Part shown: positions 18,941-27,194 of the stretch, in pieces
Position numbering within the stretch: the stretch's first letter is position 1
How the letters are laid out: each line of letters begins with the position of its first letter
NCBI GenBank assembly: GCA_045536775.1
Contig: JAZSOD010000093.1
Coordinates: 1-60,904, forward strand
From: Eubacteriales bacterium
GTDB lineage: Bacteria; Bacillota; Clostridia; Oscillospirales; CAG-272
Length of the DNA: 60,904 nucleotides
Direction of reading: 5' to 3'
The notes under the pieces: generated by a model
Databases searched by the model: none
Seen by the model: only the letters and a program-made list of their open reading frames with translations
What the model was told of the DNA's origin: nothing
Program-made: the position numbers and the translations under genes

Positions 18941-19246
18941 TTATCGCGTATTGATGTTTACCGAGAGTCGCACGTGTGCAGGATACTCTGCGGCAATAAG
19001 ACCGAGTGCCTTTTCGGCAAATCGGAAGGTATATTCTGCCCTTCGGCTGTGGCGTGTGCGTATAACGGCTTTGCCGCTTGAAATGTGGGTTTCGCTGTGT
19101 TTGTCGTCAAGCGAGGCACAAAGCCCCATTATTATGCTTGATACACCGGCGCAGACAATGTCCGAGCCGTACGGCGCATATCCTGCGTGACCGAGAGCCG
19201 AAAGGGTGAGAAGATTTTTGTGCTTTTCAATTTTAATATCTATCAT
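18941..19246 (-). CDS. Prp-like (DUF464) cysteine protease
   Basis: Signature GHAGYAPYGSDIVCAGVS with a His...Cys dyad; about 100 aa as for ribosomal-processing protease Prp. Confidence 0.85.
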   Translation of the reverse strand: MIDIKIEKHKNLLTLSALGHAGYAPYGSDIVCAGVSSIIMGLCASLDDKHSETHISSGKAVIRTRHSRRAEYTFRFAEKALGLIAAEYPAHVRLSVNINTR

Positions 19247-19250
19247 AAGA

Positions 19251-20981
19251 TTAACCCTTGTTCTTTGTCTTGAGCTTTATTGCAGAGCGTATTCCTTCAG
19301 CAAGCTTTTTGTCGGTATTCGGCGTTTTTGCATCGGGTACGGGCTGTTCTTCCCGCTTTTCGCTTTTTAACTCGCGTACCATTTCAATAATGCGGCCCTT
19401 TCCTTCAAGCTCAAGTGCATCGAGAACAATAAGAGCTTCGTTTTTCTTTTCGGGAGAGAACAAACCCATTTTGAAAAGCTCGCTCACGGTTTCATTCTGC
19501 GCATAGCGAGAAAACGCCGAGCTTTTGAGCGTACGTACTTCAACGTCGAATTCGGGGAGTCTGTATAAAAGTTCGTCACCGAGAGAGGTGGATTTTTCTT
19601 TTATATCCTTGCCCGAAAACTCTATGTATTCGTAACCCGTACGATTTGGCTTTGTGATTCTGAAGCAACGCTCCTCGTCATAGAACTGGCGAATAAGCTC
19701 GATAATAAGCTTGATGACCGACGAGAACGCGTCGAACGACGACGTGATAATGTCGCGCATGACCTTGCTTCCCGCCTCCTGAAGCGCCGCGATGGCAACT
19801 CCCGAGCTGATACTCTGGCTCGCGTACCCGTAGTTGTAGTTGTGGGTTGCCGAGATCTCCTTGATCTCGTTTATCTTGGAGTCGCGCACGGTTATCACGT
19901 TTTGATCGAGTGCGGGGAGTGTGATAGCCTTTACTCTTTCTTCTGTAAGGTCGCCGTCAACCTCAACCACGGGCTTGCTCCAGTCAAGAAAATCGCCGAG
20001 ATTCATTCCCACGTTTTTCTTCATCATATATCTTGGCTTTGCCGACATGACCGCGTGCTCGAGAATGCTTCTGTCGAGTCTGTCAATATACTCCTGCGTG
20101 CCTCTCGTGACCGAGATAAGACCGTAACCGCAGGGGGTGCCGTTTTCGCGATAAAGAGTGTCGAGGACGAACGGGTAAAGACCGTGACCATAGAAGCCGC
20201 TGACTGCCGACGGATCATTCTCGGACGCATACAGAACAGTTTCTCCAACAAATTTAACGTAGTGGAGTATGACTCCGTGAGGTGTCTGCTTTTTGTAATA
20301 CCAATCGACCACAAGACTTTTGTCGCTTGTGTCTATTGACGGATCAAAAACGTAGTCTGCGGCACAGGTAGAGACCGACGAGCCCGATTCCCTCGCCCAA
20401 GGGTAGAGAGAGTATAGAGTTTCGTTGTCTATAAGCGAGGTGTAAAAAACGTTCTGCGAATCCTGAATTGAGCAAACACCGGGCTCCCAGAAAAGATTTA
20501 ATAAGTCGATGCGTTTGACGTCTATGTCACCGAGACCGTTCTGCGAGTCGGGATTCCAGAAAACGCCGTAGACGGCGGTGCCGTGCTTGAGCTTGTCATA
20601 CTGAAGCTCGGAATATAGTCTGTTAAAGGACAGACGGTCGAGAATAACGGGAAGCACGGAATTTAATACCTCCGCGTATTCGACGTCGCTCTTTTCACGA
20701 GCAATACAAACGGGAGAGGGAATGCTTTCCATAATGTCTGCGTGCTTGTTTACAACAGTGGAGAATAACCATCCCGACGCGGGATAGGGCATATCCGAGC
20801 CCTTTGATACACCTGACGGACGGTGCCTTGAACACCAGAAATCCTCGTCTGAGAGAATTCTTTTTTCAAGTGAATATCTTGCTTTTCTGTAGCCTTCAAG
20901 TATGGCGGCGCCGCGCCTTACGGTATCGACGCCAACCGTGTCCAAAGACGGATTTTTGCTTTTCATTTTGCTTCCTTTCAT
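19251..20981 (-). CDS. Phage portal protein
   Basis: 576 aa immediately downstream of the large terminase; an alternative start at 20966 has the better SD. Confidence 0.8.
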   Translation of the reverse strand: MKGSKMKSKNPSLDTVGVDTVRRGAAILEGYRKARYSLEKRILSDEDFWCSRHRPSGVSKGSDMPYPASGWLFSTVVNKHADIMESIPSPVCIAREKSDVEYAEVLNSVLPVILDRLSFNRLYSELQYDKLKHGTAVYGVFWNPDSQNGLGDIDVKRIDLLNLFWEPGVCSIQDSQNVFYTSLIDNETLYSLYPWARESGSSVSTCAADYVFDPSIDTSDKSLVVDWYYKKQTPHGVILHYVKFVGETVLYASENDPSAVSGFYGHGLYPFVLDTLYRENGTPCGYGLISVTRGTQEYIDRLDRSILEHAVMSAKPRYMMKKNVGMNLGDFLDWSKPVVEVDGDLTEERVKAITLPALDQNVITVRDSKINEIKEISATHNYNYGYASQSISSGVAIAALQEAGSKVMRDIITSSFDAFSSVIKLIIELIRQFYDEERCFRITKPNRTGYEYIEFSGKDIKEKSTSLGDELLYRLPEFDVEVRTLKSSAFSRYAQNETVSELFKMGLFSPEKKNEALIVLDALELEGKGRIIEMVRELKSEKREEQPVPDAKTPNTDKKLAEGIRSAIKLKTKNKG

Positions 20982-20984
20982 AAA

Positions 20985-22391
20985 TCAGAGAATAGTATTA
21001 TAGTTATACCTGCCGCCGAAAGAACTTCCAAGCGGCGACAGTAATGGGGATGAGGACTCCTTTTTGATGGGACGGATTGGCTGAGTCATACACATATATC
21101 TTGTTTCGTCTGCAATGTGGTCCTCAAGCTCCGTGTTGATGTCCTCGGGCGAGACTGATGAATACTGAAGATAGGGTATAGTTCTGATGAAGTCGCGGCA
21201 ATTTTTGAAAATATACATCATAGGGATACCGTTTTTGTCAAACGAGAGCCTGTAATGTACCTGCATCCAGCCGGCGATACGCTTGTTGTCACCCTTTTCA
21301 AAAAACACACCGTAGCGTTCGCCCACCTCAGCGATGGATATACCTCTCGACGCATCCCAGATGGACGGGTCTGCTACCCCGTAAATATGCTTACCCCGAA
21401 GCCAGATATGCTCTCTTTCGATACGTGTTATCTCCGCGAATATCTCGTCGGGAGTCCACTTGACTCCCACGTTAGGCTCACGCGGAACACATCCGTAAAG
21501 CTCGAGTATGCGGTATAGCCTGCCGTCATAGTCGCAAGCCCACCACGCGCACGAAAACGGCTTTGCGTATCCGAAGTCAAAGCTTCTGTGGATGGTCCAC
21601 GATTCGGGAATATCAAACGGCTCGATAACGTGAGTAAATCGCCTGTCGAGATAATGCTCGGGATCGTCCTTGAACTCCTCGAATACCTGACCCTCGCATA
21701 CGTTCCAATCACCTTCAAGATGTGCTCTGCGCTTTGCCGGAGGAAGAGCCTCAAGTAAGCGTATGTAGTCGGGATTTGCCTCCATAAGAGGCTTGTTGTC
21801 GTATATCCTTGCGGGTATGAACAGATAATCATCGGGATCTTCACCGTCCTCGAAGTCGCGGTCGATAAAGAGCCGCTTTATGTAGCTGTGGCCCACACCG
21901 CCGGGATTGCAGGTGTAGTATATACGGGTCTTGAAATCAAGCCTCGTGTTTCTTAGCGAGGTCGATATAAAGCGGATCCATTCCTCGCGGAAGTTTGTCG
22001 CTTCTTCAAACCCTATAACGTCGTATTCGGCGCCCTGATACTGCATAAGGTCGCCCTCGTTGTCGCAGTAGCCGAGCTCAAGACGAGAGCCGTTCGGAAA
22101 AATGAACGCGCGTTCGTCCTTCTTGTAGACGGCGTAACCGTTAAGCTCGTAAACGAGAGGCTGTATGTGGTTTTTGCGAAGCTCTGCAAGAGTACGTCTG
22201 AGCAATAGCACCGAAAGCCTCTCGTAACGCATACAAAGCATAACGAGCTTGCGGCGCATTGCGTAGCTTTTACCGCCGCCTCGCGCACCGCCGTAAGCGG
22301 TGTGCTTTGCCGTGGACGAATAGAACAAGCGTTGCTTGGGATTTGGCACCTCACGGGCGAGCTTTTCAAAGATGGGTGCTAACTGCTCCAT
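20985..22391 (-). CDS. Phage terminase large subunit
   Basis: Walker A YGGARGGGKSYA, ATPase and C-terminal nuclease-type layout, 468 aa. Confidence 0.9.
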   Translation of the reverse strand: MEQLAPIFEKLAREVPNPKQRLFYSSTAKHTAYGGARGGGKSYAMRRKLVMLCMRYERLSVLLLRRTLAELRKNHIQPLVYELNGYAVYKKDERAFIFPNGSRLELGYCDNEGDLMQYQGAEYDVIGFEEATNFREEWIRFISTSLRNTRLDFKTRIYYTCNPGGVGHSYIKRLFIDRDFEDGEDPDDYLFIPARIYDNKPLMEANPDYIRLLEALPPAKRRAHLEGDWNVCEGQVFEEFKDDPEHYLDRRFTHVIEPFDIPESWTIHRSFDFGYAKPFSCAWWACDYDGRLYRILELYGCVPREPNVGVKWTPDEIFAEITRIEREHIWLRGKHIYGVADPSIWDASRGISIAEVGERYGVFFEKGDNKRIAGWMQVHYRLSFDKNGIPMMYIFKNCRDFIRTIPYLQYSSVSPEDINTELEDHIADETRYMCMTQPIRPIKKESSSPLLSPLGSSFGGRYNYNTIL

Positions 22392-22636
22392 TTGTCAAGA
22401 TCTCCTTCAAATGAAAGATGAAGCACTCGCTCACCCTCGGGCTCGTTGTGAGAGCTTTGGGGCTTACCGTAATACATTTCGCAAAGCCACTTGTAAGCAT
22501 CTATTCTCGCTTTGGTATCGGTTGACTCGCTCTCGGCAATTTCAATTATTCGCTCAAGCGCCGACACCGCGCTTGACTTCAGCTTTTCGCGCTCTTTTTC
22601 ACCGGGCGAGGTCCCCTTGCCGTCACGCTTTTTCAT
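22379..22636 (-). CDS. Putative terminase small subunit (85 aa)
   Basis: Lies immediately 5' of TerL with a 13-nt overlap; KARIDAYKWLCEMYYGKP resembles the C-terminal small-terminase motif; start at MKKRDGKG with an SD. Confidence 0.5.
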   Translation of the reverse strand: MKKRDGKGTSPGEKEREKLKSSAVSALERIIEIAESESTDTKARIDAYKWLCEMYYGKPQSSHNEPEGERVLHLSFEGDLDKWSS

Positions 22637-22952
22637 TTTCCTTTTCCTCAAGCGTGATCTTGTAAAAATCCCCGTCAGACACACATCCGACCCTGTATTT
22701 GCCAACGAGGTCGGAAATCTCGCCCTTGCCTATACGAGTCACCATGGCATCGCCCTCAAAAGAGCTTTCCCTTTTGAGATAATAAAGGATAAAAGCGGCG
22801 CAAAGAGAATTTATTTCCCTGAGTCCCCGTATTTCCTCCTTGTATGCCTCAATCTCCCCGAGCTTGTTTTCAAGCAGGTATTCAAGGCGTCTTGTTTCAT
22901 ATAATTGCTTCTGCCGTGATCTCATCCTGTATTCCCGACTCCTTTCTGTCAT
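22623..22952 (-). CDS. Hypothetical phage protein (start uncertain: 22952 or 22925)
   Basis: Coiled-coil N-terminus (LEYLLENKLGEIEAYKEEIRGLRE); co-oriented. Confidence 0.45.
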   Translation of the reverse strand: MTERSREYRMRSRQKQLYETRRLEYLLENKLGEIEAYKEEIRGLREINSLCAAFILYYLKRESSFEGDAMVTRIGKGEISDLVGKYRVGCVSDGDFYKITLEEKENEKA

Positions 22953-23136
22953 AATATGCGTTTGTTTCCTTGCAAATGGGGCAGGTGGAATAATCCATGC
23001 TTGCGCAAAAGCTTTCAAGGAAACGGCGTCTCATAGTCTTGTCCTTGAACTCAAGCCTGCAGGATTCGCAATAGGTATAGCCGTTCCTCTCTCTCTTGAA
23101 AAACGGGCACTGTGCAATAAGCGGCAAAGTGAACAC
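22897..23136 (-). CDS. Cys-rich zinc-ribbon protein, first gene of the phage-like operon
   Basis: CPFF...CESC ... CPIC cysteine pairs; GTG at 23136 or TTG at 23127 after AAAGGAG. Confidence 0.5.
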   Translation of the reverse strand: MFTLPLIAQCPFFKRERNGYTYCESCRLEFKDKTMRRRFLESFCASMDYSTCPICKETNAYYDRKESGIQDEITAEAII

Positions 23137-23186
23137 TCCTTTCCTCTCTTAAAACAAAAGTGAAATTAAATTTCGTCTGCTTGGCT

Positions 23187-23216
23187 ATCATAACACTTGC
23201 AAGAGTCATTTGTCAA
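23187..23216 (-). promoter_or_regulatory. Near-consensus sigma-70-type promoter for the phage-like operon (TTGACA-18-TATGAT)
   Basis: Reverse complement of 23211-23216 is TTGACA and of 23187-23192 is TATGAT. Confidence 0.55.
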
Positions 23217-23319
23217 CCCCATTTTGAAAGAAAATGCAAAATTGGTACAAAATCAACAAATATGAAACAAAAGTTCACTTTTTGCAACAAAAACCATTGG
23301 AGAAAATGACGGAAGCTTG

Positions 23320-23348
23320 TTGACATAACAAGAGGGGTGTGGTAGAAT
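23320..23348 (+). promoter_or_regulatory. Sigma-70-type promoter (TTGACA-17-TAGAAT)
   Basis: -35 at 23320-23325 and -10 at 23343-23348, upstream of the FAD oxidoreductase gene. Confidence 0.6.
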
Positions 23349-23378
23349 TAAAAAAACTACACAGGAACGAGGCTAATT

Positions 23379-24656
23379 ATGGAATACATAACCAGAGAAG
23401 AAAGAATAAAGCTTTGCGGCGAATATGACGTTATAGTCGCAGGAGGCGGAGTTGCGGGAGTAGCCGCAGCACTTGCCGCACGCAGACACGGGGTTGCGCG
23501 CGTGCTTCTGATAGAAAAGACCGTAAATATCGGCGGACTTGCAACCACGGGACTTATAAACTTCTTCGTTCCTATGTGTAACGGACGCGGCAAGCAGATA
23601 ATTTTCGGTATGGCGGAGGAGTTTCTCCGCGAGTCGATAAAATACGGCTTTGATACGCTTGTCGGACCGTGGAAAAACGGCGGCACAGCTACCGAGCCGA
23701 CCCATTATAGCTATGCAACACAGTATTCTCCATGGATATTCTCACTCAGACTCACCGAAATGCTGAAGGAGGAGGGAGTGGATATCTTCCTCGACACAGT
23801 CATCTCGGACGCGGTCGTCGAAAACGGTCACGTCGACGGACTTATACTCCAGAGCAAGTCGGGAAGAGAATTTTACAAGGCAAAATATATAATTGACGCA
23901 ACGGGTGACGGCGAAGTGTTTGATAAAGCCGGAGCGCCTTGCGTTACGGGTCAGAATTACTTCACCTATGTGGCAAAAAAGATAACTCTCGACTCTTGCC
24001 GCAGAGCAAGTGAGCTCGGTGATATCAAGTACGCATACGCCTCTGCTCGAGGCGGTCACGCAAATCTTTACGGAGGAGGACAGCCGGCAAACAGACCGTT
24101 ATACACCGGAGTAACCAAAGAGGAGATCACCGAGTATATTGTTGAAAACGAAATGGTGCTCCTTGAAAAATGTAAAAAGGACGACAGAAAATCGCGCGAC
24201 CTCGCGTGGATACCCTTTATGCCACAGTTCAGAACTATCAGACACATAAAGGGCGACTACTCGCTCAAAATGGAGGACGCATATAAGCACTTCGACGATT
24301 CGGTCTGCGTTATAAATGACTTTGACCATCGGGACAGACTCTTTGAGGTGCCCTTCAGGACGATGATAGACTCGGATTTTGATAATATCATAGCGGTGGG
24401 ACGTTGCGCGTCAGCAGAGGGCTTTGCGTGGGACGTTCTCCGTGTAATACCGCCGGCAATACTCACGGGTCAGGCGGCAGGTACTGTCTGCAGCGAGTGC
24501 CTTAAGGACAATCGAGCAGTTAAGGACACCGATATTCATAAGGTACAGAAGCTCCTTGAAGAAGACAACGTAACGGTACACTTTGACGATGAGCTTGTGC
24601 CTGCCGATACCGAAAACGTAGAAAATATGGAGATTTTCGAGTACGAGCATATATAA
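23379..24656 (+). CDS. FAD-dependent oxidoreductase
   Basis: Rossmann dinucleotide motif YDVIVAGGGVAGVAAALAAARRHG; 425 aa. Confidence 0.75.
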   Translation: MEYITREERIKLCGEYDVIVAGGGVAGVAAALAARRHGVARVLLIEKTVNIGGLATTGLINFFVPMCNGRGKQIIFGMAEEFLRESIKYGFDTLVGPWKNGGTATEPTHYSYATQYSPWIFSLRLTEMLKEEGVDIFLDTVISDAVVENGHVDGLILQSKSGREFYKAKYIIDATGDGEVFDKAGAPCVTGQNYFTYVAKKITLDSCRRASELGDIKYAYASARGGHANLYGGGQPANRPLYTGVTKEEITEYIVENEMVLLEKCKKDDRKSRDLAWIPFMPQFRTIRHIKGDYSLKMEDAYKHFDDSVCVINDFDHRDRLFEVPFRTMIDSDFDNIIAVGRCASAEGFAWDVLRVIPPAILTGQAAGTVCSECLKDNRAVKDTDIHKVQKLLEEDNVTVHFDDELVPADTENVENMEIFEYEHI

Positions 24657-24661
24657 TAATG

Positions 24662-24701
24662 AAAAAACACGCACCGAAAAGATTTCGGCGCGTGTTTTTT
24701 T
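24662..24701 (+). terminator. Rho-independent terminator
   Basis: Stem cacgcaccgaaa/tttcggcgcgtg followed by T7. Confidence 0.8.
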
Positions 24702-24731
24702 CTAAAAAGCAAATAAATTTTCAAAAACCTA

Positions 24732-24760
24732 TTGACAAAAGGAGAAAATAGTGGTATGAT
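24732..24760 (+). promoter_or_regulatory. Sigma-70-type promoter (TTGACA-17-TATGAT)
   Basis: -35 at 24732-24737 and -10 at 24755-24760, upstream of the ABC transporter operon. Confidence 0.6.
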
Positions 24761-24827
24761 TACTTCATCACTTCACCACGGTGAAGTACTAAATCAAAAG
24801 AAATCGACTTTTAAGGAGAACAAACCA

Positions 24828-25643
24828 ATGAAAAAGTTTTTAGCTATCACACTTGCGCTTCTTATGGCTGTAAGCGCACTTTTCTGCCTTGCAAGCTGCG
24901 GCGAGAAGGCTGACGATACACTCGTATGCGGTGTAACTATTTTTGAAAACATGAACGAAAAAGACGAAAACGGCAATTGGACAGGATTTGAGTCCGATTT
25001 CGCAGTTGAAGTTGGTAAGATCATCGGTAAGAAGGTTGAATTCCAGGAGATCGACTGGGGTCAGAAGTACATGGAGCTCAAGGCAGGCACCATCGACTGC
25101 ATCTGGAACGGATTTACCGCTAACTCCACAGATAAGATAGACGGCGTTGAAACAAAGCGTTCCGACCTCGTTGACTTTACATACGGCTATATGCTCAACC
25201 AGCAGTGCGTTGTTATCAAGGCTGATAACAAGGACGCTATCAAGTCCGAGGCAGACCTTGCAGGCAAGAAGGCAGGCGTTGAAAACGGAAGCGCAGGCGA
25301 AAGCTACGCTGCAGGCGTTGTAGGAGAAACGGGTAGCCTTGAAAAGTATCCTGCTCAGAACAAGGCATTCCTCGAGGTAAAGACAGGTGCCGTTGATTTC
25401 GCAGTTATGGATATCGTTCTTGCAAAGAACGTATGCGGACAGGGCGACTACGCAGACCTTATGATAGTTGAAGACATCGTTCTCGATTCCGAGATCTACG
25501 CTATCGGCTTCACAAAGGGAAGCGAGCTCACCGCACAGGTAAATGCGGCTATCAAGACTCTCTTTGATAACGGTAAGATCGACGAGCTTGCAAAGAAGTA
25601 CGGCTTTGAAAACGTAGTTCAGCTTGTTGAAACTATCGAATAA
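24828..25643 (+). CDS. Amino-acid ABC transporter substrate-binding lipoprotein
   Basis: Start at MKKFLAITLALLMAVSALFCLASCG (lipobox, SD AAGGAG); family-3 SBP-like body; strongly biased codon usage. Confidence 0.8.
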   Translation: MKKFLAITLALLMAVSALFCLASCGEKADDTLVCGVTIFENMNEKDENGNWTGFESDFAVEVGKIIGKKVEFQEIDWGQKYMELKAGTIDCIWNGFTANSTDKIDGVETKRSDLVDFTYGYMLNQQCVVIKADNKDAIKSEADLAGKKAGVENGSAGESYAAGVVGETGSLEKYPAQNKAFLEVKTGAVDFAVMDIVLAKNVCGQGDYADLMIVEDIVLDSEIYAIGFTKGSELTAQVNAAIKTLFDNGKIDELAKKYGFENVVQLVETIE

Positions 25644-25666
25644 TTAGATAAATAAAGGAATATAAA

Positions 25667-26329
25667 ATGGCAATAACTTGGTCTTCGTTTGTAAGTGTAA
25701 CCTTACGCTTGCTCGAAGGATTTGAAACCACCTGCCTGATTTTTGCGCTAACACTCGTGTTAGCGCTTCCTTTAGGTTTAGTGATATCCTTCGGTTCAAT
25801 GTCAAAATTCAAGCCGCTTTCATACGTAACCAAGGTGTTCGTATGGATAATACGCGGTGTTCCGCTGATGCTTCAGATATTCGTGGTGTTCTACGTTCCG
25901 ATGCTTCTGTGGAAAATGTCTTTCTTTACCCGATTCAATGCGGTGATAGTGGCGTTCGTAATAAACTACGCTTGCTATTTCTCCGAAATATACAGAGGCG
26001 GCATCGAGGGCATTCCGCGCGGACAGTACGAGGCGGGAGAGGTGCTTGGTATGACCAAGTCGCAGATCTTCTTTAAGGTCGTATTGATGCAGGTTGTAAA
26101 GCGTATACTTCCTCCGATGTCAAACGAGATAATAACTCTCGTCAAGGACACGGCTTTAGCCAGAGTAATTATGGTAACCGAAATACTCAAGGTAGCAGAG
26201 GAATACGCCGCAACGAGCGCGCTTATATGGCCGACCTTCTACACGGCGGTGTTCTACCTTGCCTTTGTCGGAATACTCACTCTCCTTTTCGGCTTTATCG
26301 AAAAGAAGCTGTCTTACTATAGAGTCTGA
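25667..26329 (+). CDS. Amino-acid ABC transporter permease
   Basis: His/Glu/Gln/Arg-type permease with EAA-like loop (ARVIMVTEIL region) and 5 TM helices. Confidence 0.8.
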   Translation: MAITWSSFVSVTLRLLEGFETTCLIFALTLVLALPLGLVISFGSMSKFKPLSYVTKVFVWIIRGVPLMLQIFVVFYVPMLLWKMSFFTRFNAVIVAFVINYACYFSEIYRGGIEGIPRGQYEAGEVLGMTKSQIFFKVVLMQVVKRILPPMSNEIITLVKDTALARVIMVTEILKVAEEYAATSALIWPTFYTAVFYLAFVGILTLLFGFIEKKLSYYRV

Positions 26330-26343
26330 GAAAGGAGAACGGT

Positions 26344-27144
26344 ATGGCATTACTTGAAGTTGAAAATATAACAAAAAAATTCGGTAAGATCGAGGTCTTA
26401 AAGGGGATAGACTTTTCGCTTGAACGCGGACAGGTTCTTTCCATCATCGGCTCGTCGGGAAGCGGCAAGACAACACTTCTGCGTTGCCTTAACTTCCTTG
26501 AGACACCCGACACAGGCGTGATATCCGTTGACGGCAACAGTATATTCGATGCCGCAGAGCATAAGCAGAGATCCGCGGCTGAGATCCGTAACAGCAGACT
26601 CCGCTTCGGACTCGTGTTCCAGTCCTTTAACCTCTTTCCGCAGTATTCCGTAATGGAAAATTTGACCCTTGCACCAAAGCTTCGCGCCAAAGAAAAAGCA
26701 AAGGCTCAGAAGCTATCGCGCTCAGAGCTTAAGCAGATGTACGCGGATATCGAGGAAAACGCAAGAGAGCTTCTTAAATCTGTAGGTCTTTCTGATAAGG
26801 AGGACGCATACCCCTGTCAGCTTTCGGGCGGACAGCAGCAGAGAGTATCTATCGCGAGAGCGCTTGCAATGAAGCCGGATATACTTTGCTTTGACGAGCC
26901 TACCTCGGCGCTCGATCCCGAGCTTACGGGCGAGGTGCTCAAGGCGATAATAGGACTTCGCAACGAGGGCAGAACGATGATAGTCGTAACTCACGAAATG
27001 GAGTTTGCCCGTCAGGTGTCCGACAGAGTCATATTTATGGCAAACGGAATAATTGAGGAGGAGGGCGCACCCACCGAGGTGTTCGATAATCCGAAGAGCC
27101 CGCTTCTCAAGCAGTTCCTTTCCCACTCACAGGGTGGACTTTGA
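26344..27144 (+). CDS. Amino-acid ABC transporter ATP-binding protein
   Basis: Walker A GSSGSGKTT, signature LSGGQQQR, Walker B ILCFDEPTS. Confidence 0.9.
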   Translation: MALLEVENITKKFGKIEVLKGIDFSLERGQVLSIIGSSGSGKTTLLRCLNFLETPDTGVISVDGNSIFDAAEHKQRSAAEIRNSRLRFGLVFQSFNLFPQYSVMENLTLAPKLRAKEKAKAQKLSRSELKQMYADIEENARELLKSVGLSDKEDAYPCQLSGGQQQRVSIARALAMKPDILCFDEPTSALDPELTGEVLKAIIGLRNEGRTMIVVTHEMEFARQVSDRVIFMANGIIEEEGAPTEVFDNPKSPLLKQFLSHSQGGL

Positions 27145-27151
27145 TATTTTT

Positions 27152-27193
27152 GAATACAAAAAGGACAGAGAGTTCTCTGTCCTTTTTGTATTC
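27152..27193 (+). terminator. Long perfect hairpin terminator
   Basis: gaatacaaaaaggacagaga / tctctgtcctttttgtattc palindrome directly after the ATPase stop. Confidence 0.75.
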
Positions 27194-27194
27194 A

